A DNA stretch of 64,000 nt. It comes from an uncultured Gemmatimonadales bacterium (GTDB lineage: Bacteria; Gemmatimonadota; Gemmatimonadetes; Longimicrobiales; RSA9). Of the stretch, positions 9,884-20,641 are shown one piece after another. Position 1 is the stretch's first letter. Each line of letters starts with the position of its first letter. The notes under the pieces were generated by a model. The model saw only the letters and a program-made list of their open reading frames with translations, was not told the origin of the DNA and did no database searches. The stretch is taken from assembly GCA_963816355.1 (NCBI GenBank), contig CAWFKH010000001.1:1-64000 (forward strand), given 5' to 3'. Made by a program: the position numbers and the translations under genes.

Positions 9884-11812
9884 TCAGTCCGCCGCGTCTC
9901 CCGCCGGCGCATCCAAGATGGCGCGCACCGCGGCGAGCAGCTCCGGCGTGCTGAACGGCTTCTGCAGGTAGGCGGTCGCGGGCGAGGCGAGGTCGGCCGC
10001 TTCGATCACGTCGTCCGGATAGCCGGACATGAACAGCACCCGCAGGTCCGAATTTCGCGCGACGAGCCGCCGCGCCAGTTCCAGCCCGGTCATCTCCGGC
10101 ATCACCACGTCGGTCAGGACCACGGCCGGGAGCGAATCCGGCGTCACGTCGATGTGGGCGAGCGCCTCGCTCCCCCTGGCCGCCGTCGTCACCTCGTAGC
10201 CGGCGTTCCGCAGGATGCGCGCGGCGATGGAGCGGACGCCCGCGTCGTCCTCCACGATCATGACGCGCTCGCCGGCGCCCGCGAGGGATCGGCGGTTCGA
10301 GGGGGTGGCCGCTTCCGGCTCGGCCTCGGCGTCCACGTGGGGCAGGAACACGCGGAAGGTCGTGCCCTCTCCGACGCGGCTCTCGACCACCACTTCGCCC
10401 TGCAGCTTCTGGACGACGGCGAGCGTGCTGGCGAGCCCGAGGCCGGTTCCCGCCCCCGCCCGCTTCGTGGTGAAGAACGGCTCGAAGATGTGCTGCAATG
10501 TTTCGGCATCGATGCCGTGGCCGGTGTCGGTCACGGCCACCTCGACGTAGCGTCCCGGCGGCAGCGGCGCGCGCAGCCCGCGGATCTCGCCGGGCGCGAC
10601 GTCGCGTGCGACCACGGCGAGCGACAGCACGCCTCCCTTCGACATCGCGTCGCGCGCGTTCACCACCAGATTCATCACGATCTGCTCGATCTGGGCGGGG
10701 TCGGCGCGCACGGTTGCGCCGTCGTCCTCGTAACGGGTGCGGAACTCAATGTCCTCTCGCACGAGCCGTCGCAGCATGCTCTCCATCCCGCGGGCCAGGG
10801 CGACGAGGTCGAAATTGCGGAGCTGGACCACCTGACGGCGGCTGAAGGCGAGGAGCTGCCGGGTGAGGTTGGCGGCGCGCGAAGCGGCGAGCTGGATCTC
10901 CGTGGCGGCCTCGCGGGTGGAGGGCGTCGGGTCGTCGGCGAGGAGCATCGAGACGTAGCCGTCGATCGCCGTCAGGATGTTGTTGAAGTCGTGCGCGACG
11001 CCGCCCGCGAGTCGACCCACGGCCTCGATCCGATCCGAGTGCCGGACGCGCTCCTCCAGCTTCCGTTGCTCGGTGATGTCGCGCAGCATGTGGACGTGCC
11101 GGTCGGCGCTGAAGCCGGTCGAGCGCACCTCGACGAGGCGCTCCACGCCGTCGTCGAAGCGAAGCGCGACTTCGCGCGGCGAATCCGTCGCCTCGGCCGG
11201 CGCCTGGTCGGCGGCCGGCGCGGTCGGCAGCAGATCGCGGAGCGGCCGCCCCAGGACGGCGGACTCGACCCGTCTCAGGATCTCGAGCCCGGCTCGATTG
11301 CACCGTTGCGCGACGCCGTCCGGCCCCGTCACCAGGACTCCGTCGGCGACGGCGTCAAAGAGTCGTCGGAGCTGCTCTTCGCTCTGCTGCAGCGCCGTCT
11401 CGGCGATGCGGCGGCTTCTGCGTTCGGCCGCCTTCTCAAGGGTCTTGAACAAGGTCTCCGGCTCGACCGGCTTCAGGAGATAGTCGAAGCTCTGCTCGCG
11501 AAGGGCGCGGATCGCGCTGTCGACGGTCGCGTTGCCGGTGAGGATGACCACTTCCGTCTGGCGCGATGCGGCGCGCAGCATGGCGACGAGCTCCATGCCG
11601 TCCATGTCCGGGAGGCGCAGGTCGACGAGCGCGATGAGCGGCGGATCGCCGAGATGGCTCGCGACTTCGATCCCTTCCCGCCCCGACGTCGCGGTCCGAG
11701 CGCGGTAGCCGCGCAGGCGCAGGATGTCGGTGAGCGTTCTCAGCAGCGCGCTGTCGTCGTCGACGATGAGGACGTCGAGCTGTCCGAGCGCGTCAGTCGA
11801 CATGGGCGGCAT
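9884..11812 (-). CDS. Hybrid sensor kinase (REC-PAS-HisKA-HATPase-REC)
   Basis: GGVAHDFNNIL, NLVVNARDAM, FEPFFTTK, GTGLGL; two receiver domains. Confidence 0.92.
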   Translation of the reverse strand: MPPMSTDALGQLDVLIVDDDSALLRTLTDILRLRGYRARTATSGREGIEVASHLGDPPLIALVDLRLPDMDGMELVAMLRAASRQTEVVILTGNATVDSAIRALREQSFDYLLKPVEPETLFKTLEKAAERRSRRIAETALQQSEEQLRRLFDAVADGVLVTGPDGVAQRCNRAGLEILRRVESAVLGRPLRDLLPTAPAADQAPAEATDSPREVALRFDDGVERLVEVRSTGFSADRHVHMLRDITEQRKLEERVRHSDRIEAVGRLAGGVAHDFNNILTAIDGYVSMLLADDPTPSTREAATEIQLAASRAANLTRQLLAFSRRQVVQLRNFDLVALARGMESMLRRLVREDIEFRTRYEDDGATVRADPAQIEQIVMNLVVNARDAMSKGGVLSLAVVARDVAPGEIRGLRAPLPPGRYVEVAVTDTGHGIDAETLQHIFEPFFTTKRAGAGTGLGLASTLAVVQKLQGEVVVESRVGEGTTFRVFLPHVDAEAEPEAATPSNRRSLAGAGERVMIVEDDAGVRSIAARILRNAGYEVTTAARGSEALAHIDVTPDSLPAVVLTDVVMPEMTGLELARRLVARNSDLRVLFMSGYPDDVIEAADLASPATAYLQKPFSTPELLAAVRAILDAPAGDAAD

Positions 11813-12518
11813 CGATCATCTCCAGCAGGCGGTCGGGCGCGAACGGCTTCTCCAGTTTGCCGTGGATCCAGTCCGGCGGGAGCGCGGTCGCGGTCTCCCG
11901 CAGCAGCACCGGGTGGCCGCTGTAGAGGATGAGCACGACGGACGGGTCGACGCTCCGGATGGCGAGGATCCCGCGCCGCGGATCGAGGCCGTCCAGCCGA
12001 AGGTCGAGCACCACGATCGCCGGCGCCGCCCGCTCCATCTTCTGCACCGCATCGCGGATGTCGGTCGCCTGAAGGACGGGGTGGCCGCGGCGCCGCACGA
12101 TGTCGGCGAGCGTCGAAAGGAACTGCGGGTCGTCGTCCACCACCAGGATCGGCCGCGGATCGGGACCGACCTCCTCCAGCAGCTTCAGCAGCTGCGGAAT
12201 CGCGACCGGCTTCGGCAGGACGCGAAGCACGCCGCACCGCTCCGCCTCCGCCAGCAGCTCGGCCGCCGTGTAGGCGGTCATCAGGATCACGCGGATGCCC
12301 GGGCGCAGCTCGCGCATCCGCTTCAGCGCCTCCACGCCGTTGATCCCGCCCATCTTGATGTCCATCAGCACGACGGAGAAATCCGAGGCCCGCACCGCCT
12401 CGAGCGCCGCCTCGCCGCTGTGCACCCCCTCGCTCTCCCAGCCCCGCAGCCGCAGCAGGTCGCACAGCGTTCGAACCATCTGCCGGTCGTCGTCCACCAC
12501 GAGGATGCGCCCGCTCAT
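11793..12518 (-). CDS. Tandem receiver-domain response regulator
   Basis: Two ILVVDDD receiver domains with no output domain. Confidence 0.88.
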   Translation of the reverse strand: MSGRILVVDDDRQMVRTLCDLLRLRGWESEGVHSGEAALEAVRASDFSVVLMDIKMGGINGVEALKRMRELRPGIRVILMTAYTAAELLAEAERCGVLRVLPKPVAIPQLLKLLEEVGPDPRPILVVDDDPQFLSTLADIVRRRGHPVLQATDIRDAVQKMERAAPAIVVLDLRLDGLDPRRGILAIRSVDPSVVLILYSGHPVLLRETATALPPDWIHGKLEKPFAPDRLLEMIDAAHVD

Positions 12519-14383
12519 GCGTCCGCCTTGCCGTGCGCGGGCATCCGGAGCCGGAACTCCGCGCCCGCTCCGCCTTCGCCTGTCGCCACCGTCAGCTCAC
12601 CGTCGTTCGCGCGGATCAGCCGCCGTGACACGGCGAGGCCGAGGCCGATGCCGCGTGCCTTCGTCGTGTAGAGTGGCTCGAAGATCCGATCCGCGTCCTC
12701 CGGCGCGACCCCCGGGCCGGTGTCGGCGACGCGGAGCTCGATCGCCTCGTCGCTGACGCGCTCGGCCGAGAGGCGGAGCGTACCCTCGCCGTCCATCGCC
12801 TGGACCGCGTTCGTCAGAAGGTTCAGCACGACCTGGCCGACCTGCACCGGATCGACCAGGACCGCCGGCAGGTCGTCCGGAAAGCTGCGTTCCACCCGTA
12901 TGCCGTCGTGAACGCCCAGGGGATCGAGCTGCGAGTCGACGAGCGCTTCCACCGCGATCGCTCGCCGCTCCGGATCCCGGACCCGCGCGAAGTCCAGCAG
13001 ATCCGACACGATCCGGCCCGAGAGGGTCACCTGCGTGCGCAGGATGTCCAGATATTCGCGGACGTCCGAGGGTACGTCGGTCAGCCGGGCGTCCAGATAG
13101 TAGAGCGCGTTCGTCATCACGCCGAGCGGGTTGCGCAGCTCGTGTCCCACGCCGCTCGCAAGCTGGCCGATGATCGCGAGCTTCTCGTTCGCCACGAGCT
13201 GGTCCTGCGTCGACTCCAGCTCGCGCAGCGCCCTCTCCAGCTCTCGCGTCCGATGGCGGACCTGCTCCTCGAGTCCCCGCTGCGAGGCCTCGACCTTCTC
13301 CGCCATCCGGTTGAACGCCCGCCCCAGCACCGCGACCTCGTCCCCACCGCGCACCGGCACCCGCTCCGAGTAGTCCATGCGGCTGATCCCTTCCGCCGCG
13401 CTCGTCAACGCCGTCAGCGGCCGCGTCATCCGACCGGCCGAGACGAACGCCGCGACGACGCCCGCGAGCAGCACCAGAAGGGCCACCAGCGACAGGCGCC
13501 CGAGCGTCGCACGGGCCGGGGCCAGCGCCGCCGCCCTCGGCATTCCGGTCCACACCGCCCACGGCGTGCCGGGGACCGCTTCGATCGCGGCGAGGGCTGT
13601 CGTCGTCGCGGCCGCATCGGCGCCGGCCGCCGCGGCCTCGAGCTCGGCCGCTCCGGGGCCCGGGACCCGTTTCGTGAGGTCCGTCCACACGCCGCCGTCC
13701 CGGTTGCCCAGCCGCAGATACATGTCGGCGCCCAGCAGTTGACCCAGGCGACGTGCGCCCTCGACCGTCGACAGCCGGCGCGACGCGATCAGCCGCGCCC
13801 CGGACGCGGAGTCCCCGACCGGAACGACCACCGTGTATCGGGCACCGCTCTCGTCCGCTTCGATCGGCCCGATCCCCGGCACGACGCTCGACGCGCGCCG
13901 GGCCGCGGCGCCGGCGCCCGCGGCCGCCGCGGCCCCGCCACCCGCGGCCGCCGCGGCCCGCCCACCCTCGATCGCCGCCGAGTCGCTCGACCCCGCCGCC
14001 GCGCCCGCCAGCTCCAGCGGCGGCGCGCCCGGCGTCTCGAGACGGAGGCCCACGACGAGCGCGCCCCCCCGCGCCGCGGCCTCGAGCGCGCTGCGGGCCG
14101 CCGCCCGCGCGGCCGCATCATCGGCGGCGGCGCCGCTCGCGTACGCGACGATCGCCGCCTCCCGCGCGACGCGACGCGTCTCGTCCCGGACGCCGACCAC
14201 ACCGGTCTCCAGCAGCCCCGAGATCTGCTGGGCGACGGCGCGGGAGCGGGCTACCGCCGTCTGCGTCAGCACCCGCGTCAGCTCCCGATACGCCATCCAG
14301 GAGAACGCCGCGAGCACAGCCAGGAGCAGCGTCGCGATCAGCACCGCGAGGCGCCGTCGCAGCTTCCAGTTCGAAGGTCCCAT
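12515..14383 (-). CDS. Membrane sensor histidine kinase with HAMP domain
   Basis: Two TM segments, HAMP (DEVAVLGRAFNRM), GHELRNPL, NAVQA, GIGLGL. Confidence 0.9.
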   Translation of the reverse strand: MGPSNWKLRRRLAVLIATLLLAVLAAFSWMAYRELTRVLTQTAVARSRAVAQQISGLLETGVVGVRDETRRVAREAAIVAYASGAAADDAAARAAARSALEAAARGGALVVGLRLETPGAPPLELAGAAAGSSDSAAIEGGRAAAAAGGGAAAAAGAGAAARRASSVVPGIGPIEADESGARYTVVVPVGDSASGARLIASRRLSTVEGARRLGQLLGADMYLRLGNRDGGVWTDLTKRVPGPGAAELEAAAAGADAAATTTALAAIEAVPGTPWAVWTGMPRAAALAPARATLGRLSLVALLVLLAGVVAAFVSAGRMTRPLTALTSAAEGISRMDYSERVPVRGGDEVAVLGRAFNRMAEKVEASQRGLEEQVRHRTRELERALRELESTQDQLVANEKLAIIGQLASGVGHELRNPLGVMTNALYYLDARLTDVPSDVREYLDILRTQVTLSGRIVSDLLDFARVRDPERRAIAVEALVDSQLDPLGVHDGIRVERSFPDDLPAVLVDPVQVGQVVLNLLTNAVQAMDGEGTLRLSAERVSDEAIELRVADTGPGVAPEDADRIFEPLYTTKARGIGLGLAVSRRLIRANDGELTVATGEGGAGAEFRLRMPAHGKADA

Positions 14384-14497
14384 CGTGTCGGGATTGGCGT
14401 GACGGCATCCCGGGACGGGATGCATCGTCCTCGGGGAGACCGGGCGGTGGGGAGGAGGGTACCGCGCGAGGCCGTGGGCGCCGCTGCCCACACAGCC

Positions 14498-14526
14498 ATT
14501 CTCCCGCGCCTGGCGCCCGCTGTCAA
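14498..14526 (-). promoter_or_regulatory. Sigma70-type promoter for the kinase operon
   Basis: TTGACA-17 nt-GAGAAT. Confidence 0.55.
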
Positions 14527-14603
14527 GGTTTTCCCCACCGCCACCATGTGCGCGGGATCCGCCGATGACGCCGCCACGACGAGGCCCCGGGATGCCGGTG
14601 GCG

Positions 14604-16877
14604 TCAGTTCACGGGCCGCTGCGTCCCCATGATCCGGTACACGATGTCCTGGGGGAACTCCGGCGGGAAGTTCGTGCCGGTCATCGCGTCGGTGAGCGTG
14701 CAGCTGCCCGGCCCGCTCGGGCACATGATCGTGCCGGTCTGCATGAGATGGATGTCCGGGTACTGGCCGCCGGCGAAAGTGCCGGTCCCGGTCGCCGTGA
14801 ACGCGCCGGTCGCGGGATCGAACATGCCGGTGAGCGGCACCCACGGCGACGGGCCGGTGACGGTGATCTGGTCGCCGGCCACCACGATGTCGAGCGTCTG
14901 CACCGTCGGCATGCCGATGAAGGGCTCGTGGTTGCTGGGATCACTCTGCACCGTGATCTGCACGTCGTACGTCCCGTTCTGCGGCGGCGGAGCGCACGCG
15001 TTGCCCGGCGCGCCGGGGGTGAAGCTGCCCGCGTGGGCGGCGGCGGGCACGATGCCATCCGCGCCCGCAGCGCCCGCGGCGCCCGGACCCTTGCCGTCGC
15101 CGCCGTTCCCGCCGTTGCCCACGGCGCTCACCGTCTGAGCGCCATCGGCGCCCGCCGGAGCGCCGCCGCCGCCGCTGCCCGGACCGCCGCTCGCGCTCGC
15201 GCCCTTGCCGCCGTCGCCGCCCGGGTCGTCGGGGCAGCGCGGCGCGCCGTTGCCGCCGGTGCCGCTCTCGAACACCGCGTCGCCGCCCGCGCCGCCCGCG
15301 CCGATGAGGGCGTCGTTCTGGTCGCGCAGGTCGGCCGTGCCGCCGTCGCCGCCGTGCGCCGCGATCGCGCCCGCGGCCGCGCCCGGCGGGTGCGCGTCGT
15401 CGCCGTCGCCGCCGTTCCCGACGTGCGCCGTCGCCTTGCCGCCGGCGCCCGCGTCGCCGCCCTGCACGCTCACGCCGGCGAGCCCGGTGACGGCGCCGCT
15501 CGAGGCGAGCTGCTTGTCCGGCGTGCCGCCGCCCGCGCCCGCCGTCGCGGTCGCGTCGCCGCCGCCCTGCGCGGCGTCGCCCCGCGCGGCGGCGTCGACG
15601 CCGTCGGCGCCCGTCGCCGTGGCGGCACCGCCCGCGCCGCCGTGGCCCACGCGCAGCGTGAGCGAGCCGGCGTCGATCGAGATCGAGCCGTTGGCGCGTA
15701 CCTCGATGAGGCCGGGCCGGCCGCCATCGCCGCCGGTCGCCGCGGCCGGGGGCGCCTTCGCGGCCGTCGCATCGCTCGTCGCCGTGGCGACCGCGCTGCC
15801 GCCGTCGCCGCCGTCGCCGGACGCGATGCTGTTGCCGCCGCCGGAGAAGCTGATGTCGCCGGTCGCGCGGACGCGGATGCGGCCGCCGTCGCCGCCGTCG
15901 CCCCCCTTCGCCTGGGCGGACGAGGCGCTGGTGTGGCTGCCGTCGCCGCCGTTGCCGCCGCCCTGCCCGACGACCGCGACGGCGCCCTGCACGTCCAGGC
16001 TGCCGCGGCACGACAGCGTCCACGTGCGGCCGTCCTTGCCGGCCGTGCCGTCCTGGCCGTCCGATCCGTCGCGCGGCGGGTCCGCCATGAACGAGCGACC
16101 CGCCACGATGCAGAGCGCGCCGTTCGCCTGCGGCTCGATCCCCGCCGCGAAGATCGGCGCGCCCGCGACCGTCGGGAAGTCGGCGTCGCCCAGCGTCGGG
16201 TCGTTCTGGATCTCGACGTCCCCCGAGCTGGCGAGCGTGCCGGCGCCGAGCGTGAGGTTGCCGTCGCCGACGATCTTCAGCTCCGGCGGGCTGTCGCCCG
16301 CGTCGCCGCTGCACGCGTTGCTCACGTCGCCGGCGATCGTCACGTCGCCTTCGCCGACCAGCGACAGCTCGACGCAGTCGCCCTTCAGGTCGCCCTCGAT
16401 GTCGATCGGCCCGCTCGAGCTCAGCGTCGCCTGGCCGGTGACGGTCACCGTCACGCCCGCGGGGATCGTGATGCTGGCGTAGCTCTTCGACCCCTCGACG
16501 TTCGTGTCCGCCGTGGGATTGAAGGCGACGGGCGCGACCGTGACCTCGGCGCTGCCGCTCTTGCCGCCCGCGGTCGCGGTGATCGTCGCCGTGCCCGGGC
16601 CCACCGCCGTTGCCAGGCCGGCCGCGTCCACCGACGCGATCGCGGCCGCGCTCGACGACCACGTCACGGTGCGGCCGGTGAGCGTGTTGCCCGCCTCGTC
16701 ACGCACCGTCGCCGTGAGCTGCTGCGTATCGCCGACGCCCAGGCTCGCGGTCGCCGGCGTGACCTCCACGCTGCCGACCGGGGGCGGGCCCGACGGCCCG
16801 GAATCGCCGCCGCACGCGGCGGTCGCGAACAGCGCCGTCGCCAGCGCCGTCGCTCGGATGGAGCATCTTCCAATCAT
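14604..16877 (-). CDS. Lipoprotein with Ig-like (Big_2) domain and a long Gly-rich repeat region
   Basis: Lipobox TAAC; VEVTP..TQQL.ATV..VTWSSS..ASVD..G; GGxGGxGG repeats. Confidence 0.8.
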   Translation of the reverse strand: MIGRCSIRATALATALFATAACGGDSGPSGPPPVGSVEVTPATASLGVGDTQQLTATVRDEAGNTLTGRTVTWSSSAAAIASVDAAGLATAVGPGTATITATAGGKSGSAEVTVAPVAFNPTADTNVEGSKSYASITIPAGVTVTVTGQATLSSSGPIDIEGDLKGDCVELSLVGEGDVTIAGDVSNACSGDAGDSPPELKIVGDGNLTLGAGTLASSGDVEIQNDPTLGDADFPTVAGAPIFAAGIEPQANGALCIVAGRSFMADPPRDGSDGQDGTAGKDGRTWTLSCRGSLDVQGAVAVVGQGGGNGGDGSHTSASSAQAKGGDGGDGGRIRVRATGDISFSGGGNSIASGDGGDGGSAVATATSDATAAKAPPAAATGGDGGRPGLIEVRANGSISIDAGSLTLRVGHGGAGGAATATGADGVDAAARGDAAQGGGDATATAGAGGGTPDKQLASSGAVTGLAGVSVQGGDAGAGGKATAHVGNGGDGDDAHPPGAAAGAIAAHGGDGGTADLRDQNDALIGAGGAGGDAVFESGTGGNGAPRCPDDPGGDGGKGASASGGPGSGGGGAPAGADGAQTVSAVGNGGNGGDGKGPGAAGAAGADGIVPAAAHAGSFTPGAPGNACAPPPQNGTYDVQITVQSDPSNHEPFIGMPTVQTLDIVVAGDQITVTGPSPWVPLTGMFDPATGAFTATGTGTFAGGQYPDIHLMQTGTIMCPSGPGSCTLTDAMTGTNFPPEFPQDIVYRIMGTQRPVN

Positions 16878-17052
16878 GGGAGTCCCTTTCCCGGGGAGAG
16901 GGTTCGGCGGCTCTCATGCTGAACCGCGGTCCGGCTGCTGCGGGATTGTCGAGCGTGCGGACGCGAGTCGCGGCCGCGCGAGACCTGCGTGATGCGCGCC
17001 GGCGAAGCCGACGTCTGGCGGAGCGCGGAGTTGGGCCCCTTGAAGCAGGGCC

Positions 17053-17082
17053 ATTGTGCTCCCGCCCCCTTCGCCCTGTCAA
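17053..17082 (-). promoter_or_regulatory. Sigma70-type promoter
   Basis: TTGACA-18 nt-CACAAT, about 170 nt upstream of the Ig-domain gene. Confidence 0.45.
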
Positions 17083-17258
17083 GCGGGCCGGGCCGAGCGG
17101 AGCGGGGCCCGGGACGAAGGCACCGCTTCCGCGATCCGACGCTTCCCCCTACCTTTCCTTGTCAGCGAGTCGGTCGCCCCGCCCGAGCACCGACCGGAGC
17201 ACCGTCGCTCGCCGACCGCCGCCGGTCCCCCGTCCGGCGCGGGTCTGGAGAACCCACC

Positions 17259-19379
17259 GTGCATCGACGCTTCACCCTCGCCCTTGGCATCGCCGCCGCG
17301 GCCGCCGCGGCCGCGCTGTCGGTCGCCACGCCCGTCGACCGCGTCGACGACGCCGCCGCCGAGACGGTCGCTGCCGACACGGGCGGCCTCGCGCCCTACC
17401 TGGACGCCGCCGCCTCCCCCTTCGACAGCGCCGGAATCGGGTTCCTCGCCCGCGGCATCGCGCTGCGCGCCCGCGGCGAGGCCGCCGCCGCGGCCGCCGC
17501 CTTCGACTCCGCCGGCCGCAGGCTGCCCGGCCTGCGCGACTGGGCCGCGTTCCTCGCCGCCGAGGCCGCGGCCGACGCCGGCGATGTGGCGGGCGTGCAC
17601 GCCGCACTCGCCGCGACCGAGCCCGGCCTCGCCGCGGCGCGCGGCTGGGAGGTGCTGGTGCGGGCGCAGCGCCGCGCCCGCGACCCGGTCGGCGCCCGCG
17701 CCACCGCCGAGCGCGCCGCCCTCCTGGCGCGCGACCCCGTGCGCCACGCCGCCGCGCTGCTGCGCACCGCGAGCCTCGCGCTCGTCCTCGGCGACACCGC
17801 CTCCGCAACCGCCTCGCTGCGGCTCGCAATGCGTCTGGCGCCGCGCGCGGGCGAGGGCGCCGAGGCGGCGCGCGCGCTGGCCGGGCTGCGCTCCGCGACG
17901 GCCGATGACGGCCTCCGCATCGCGCGGCTCTACCTCGCCAACGGCAATCGCAGGCGCGGCATCGAGGGGCTCCTCGCCTACCTCGACCGGCCCGGCCGCG
18001 ACCCGGTCGAGCGCCAGCGTGCCCGGCTCGACCTGGCCGACGCCCGCCTCGCCGACGGCGACTACCGCCGCGCCGTCAAGGGCGCCCTCGCGGTCGCCGC
18101 CGGGCCCGCATCCCCCGCCCTCGGCGCCCGTGCGCTCGTCCTCGCCGGACGCGCCCGCTACCGCCACGGCCAGGCCACCGCGGCACGGGCCGTGTTCCGC
18201 GACGCCGCGCGCCGCTTCCCGCGCGAGCCCGCGACCGCCGAAGCCCTCTTCTTTCTCGGGGACTTCGCGCACGACGCCGGCCGCATCGACGAGGCGCGCG
18301 GCCTCTACGACCGCACGATCGCCGTCGACTCGACGAGCGACGTCGCAGGCGAGGCCGCGATGCGCCTGGGCGGCCTCGCGCTCGTGAGCGGCGACGCGGC
18401 GCGCGCCGCGCGCGCCTTCGACGCCTGCCGCCGCACGCACCGCACCGGCGACTACTACGCGCGCGCCAGCTACTGGGCCGGACGCGCCTACCTGCGCGCG
18501 GACGACACGGCGCGCGCCGCCGACCGCTTCCGTGAAGCGCTTCGCGCCGACCCGATCTCGTTCCACGCGATGCGCGCCGCCGACCACCTGCCGGACGTCG
18601 AGTGGCGCTCCGCGCTCGCGCCGGCGCCCGCCACCGCGCCCGGCGTGGGGCCGCACGTGGTGGCGGGGCTGCGCCGGCTCGACGTGCTGCGCGCGCTCGG
18701 CCTGGACGACGGCGCCCGCCTCGAGATCGCGCGCCTGCGCACCCACCTCGCCGGCCGCGAGGGCGGCGCCTACGCCCTCGCCGAAGCGCTGCGCGACCGC
18801 GGCGAGATCGCGCTCGCCGTCCGCCTCGGCCGCGACATCCGGCGCGATCGCGACGCCTGGGACGAGCGGCTGCTGCGCATCGTCTACCCCTTCCCGCTCC
18901 GCTCGACCGTGGTGGCGGAAGCGCGCCGGCACGGCCTCGACCCCGCGCTCGTCGCCGGCCTGATCCGGCAGGAATCGCTCTTCAACCCGCGCGCGGTCAG
19001 CTCGGCCGGCGCGGTCGGCCTCATGCAGATCCTGCCGAGCACCGGCCGCGCCCTGGCGCGCAGCGAGGGGATCCGCCCCTTCTCGCGGTCGATGCTGCGC
19101 GAGCCGGACGTCAACATCCGCCTCGGCACCCGCTTCGTCGCCGACCTTCTGGGCAGCTACGGCGGCAGCCTCGCCGAGATGCTCTCCGCCTACAACGCCG
19201 GCAGCGGCCGCCTCGACCGCTGGCGCGCCCAGCCGGAGCACGACGACGCGGAGCTCTTCGTCGAGCGCATCCCCTTCCCCGAGACGCGTGAATACGTCCG
19301 CACCGTGCAGCAGAACGCCCGCATCTACGCCGCCATCTATCCCGACGACGACGAGGACGCCGCGAGCGCTCTCCGCTGA
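17259..19379 (+). CDS. Soluble lytic transglycosylase with TPR-like region
   Basis: IRQESLF, GAVGLMQ, AYNAG, IPFPETREYV; GTG start inferred. Confidence 0.9.
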   Translation: MHRRFTLALGIAAAAAAAALSVATPVDRVDDAAAETVAADTGGLAPYLDAAASPFDSAGIGFLARGIALRARGEAAAAAAAFDSAGRRLPGLRDWAAFLAAEAAADAGDVAGVHAALAATEPGLAAARGWEVLVRAQRRARDPVGARATAERAALLARDPVRHAAALLRTASLALVLGDTASATASLRLAMRLAPRAGEGAEAARALAGLRSATADDGLRIARLYLANGNRRRGIEGLLAYLDRPGRDPVERQRARLDLADARLADGDYRRAVKGALAVAAGPASPALGARALVLAGRARYRHGQATAARAVFRDAARRFPREPATAEALFFLGDFAHDAGRIDEARGLYDRTIAVDSTSDVAGEAAMRLGGLALVSGDAARAARAFDACRRTHRTGDYYARASYWAGRAYLRADDTARAADRFREALRADPISFHAMRAADHLPDVEWRSALAPAPATAPGVGPHVVAGLRRLDVLRALGLDDGARLEIARLRTHLAGREGGAYALAEALRDRGEIALAVRLGRDIRRDRDAWDERLLRIVYPFPLRSTVVAEARRHGLDPALVAGLIRQESLFNPRAVSSAGAVGLMQILPSTGRALARSEGIRPFSRSMLREPDVNIRLGTRFVADLLGSYGGSLAEMLSAYNAGSGRLDRWRAQPEHDDAELFVERIPFPETREYVRTVQQNARIYAAIYPDDDEDAASALR

Positions 19380-19497
19380 CGTCGCCCCCCCGCCGCCGGG
19401 TTTGTCTCGCGGCCCCGCTTGCCCCATCGTGACACGTTCCAGACCGCCGGCCGCGCCCCGGCCCGGCGAAGCGTGACCGGCCGTGGAAGGAGCCGCG

Positions 19498-20616
19498 ATG
19501 GAACTGCTCGACTACGGGTTCTTCGGGAACCCGCTCAGTGCCTGGGGAACCGCGATCCTGCTCGCGCTCCTCGCCTACCTCTTCCTCGCGGGACTCCGCC
19601 GCCTGCTCATGCGCGGGCTCGCCCGCTTCGCGAAGTGGACCACCGGCTCCTACGACGACCTGATCGTAGAGCTGATCGACCGCACCCGCTTCTTCTTCCT
19701 CGCCGCCCTCGCCGTCTACGCCGCCACCCGGTTCCTCGTCCTCGGATCCGGCGCCACGCAGGTGCTCCGCGTCGCCGTCGTCGTCGCCGTCGTGCTGCAG
19801 GCCGGCGCCTGGGGCAACCGCGTCATCGCCTTCTTCATCGGCGTCCACCTCACCTCGATCGGCGACGACCCCGCCGCCGAGACGACCCTCTCCGCCCTCG
19901 GCTTCATCGGGCGTCTCCTGCTGTGGAGCGTCCTCGTCCTGCTCGCCCTCAGCAACCTCGGCGTCGACATCACCGCGCTGGTCGCCGGCATGGGCGTGGG
20001 CGGCGTGGCGATCGCGCTCGCCGTGCAGAAGATCCTCGGCGACCTGTTCGCCTCCCTCTCGATCGTGCTCGACAAGCCGTTCGTCCTGGGCGACTTCATA
20101 CTCGTCGACGACCTGATGGGGACGGTCGAGCACATCGGCCTCAAGACGACGCGCCTGCGCAGCCTCGGCGGTGAGCAGCTCGTCTTCGGCAACACCGACC
20201 TCCTGTCGAGCCGCATCCGCAACTACAAGCGGATGAACGAGCGACGCATCCTCTTTTCCTTCGGCGTGGTCTACCAGACGCCGCGCGACACGCTCGAGCG
20301 CATTCCGGGGATGGTGAAGGAGATCGTCGAAGGGATCGAGCAGACGCGTCTCGACCGCGTCCACTTCAAGGCGTTCGGCGCGTCGTCGCTCGATTTCGAG
20401 GTCGTCTACTACATGCTCGTCCCGGACTACAACGCGTACATGGACGTGCAGCAGCGCATCAACCTCGCGCTCTTCAGCCGCTTCGAAGAGGAAGGGATCG
20501 AGTTCGCCTACCCCACGCAGACGCTCTTCGTCGAGCGCACGGGGGAGCCCGCCGCGGCACCGAACGGCGACGGCGGCACCCCGCCCGCGCACGCCGGCGC
20601 GCGCAGCGAGCGCTGA
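19498..20616 (+). CDS. MscS mechanosensitive channel
   Basis: GVGGVAIALA, DKPFVLGD, GTVEHIGLKTT, IEFAYPTQ. Confidence 0.92.
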   Translation: MELLDYGFFGNPLSAWGTAILLALLAYLFLAGLRRLLMRGLARFAKWTTGSYDDLIVELIDRTRFFFLAALAVYAATRFLVLGSGATQVLRVAVVVAVVLQAGAWGNRVIAFFIGVHLTSIGDDPAAETTLSALGFIGRLLLWSVLVLLALSNLGVDITALVAGMGVGGVAIALAVQKILGDLFASLSIVLDKPFVLGDFILVDDLMGTVEHIGLKTTRLRSLGGEQLVFGNTDLLSSRIRNYKRMNERRILFSFGVVYQTPRDTLERIPGMVKEIVEGIEQTRLDRVHFKAFGASSLDFEVVYYMLVPDYNAYMDVQQRINLALFSRFEEEGIEFAYPTQTLFVERTGEPAAAPNGDGGTPPAHAGARSER

Positions 20617-20641
20617 GCCGCGCCGCCGCGAGCCACCGCCC

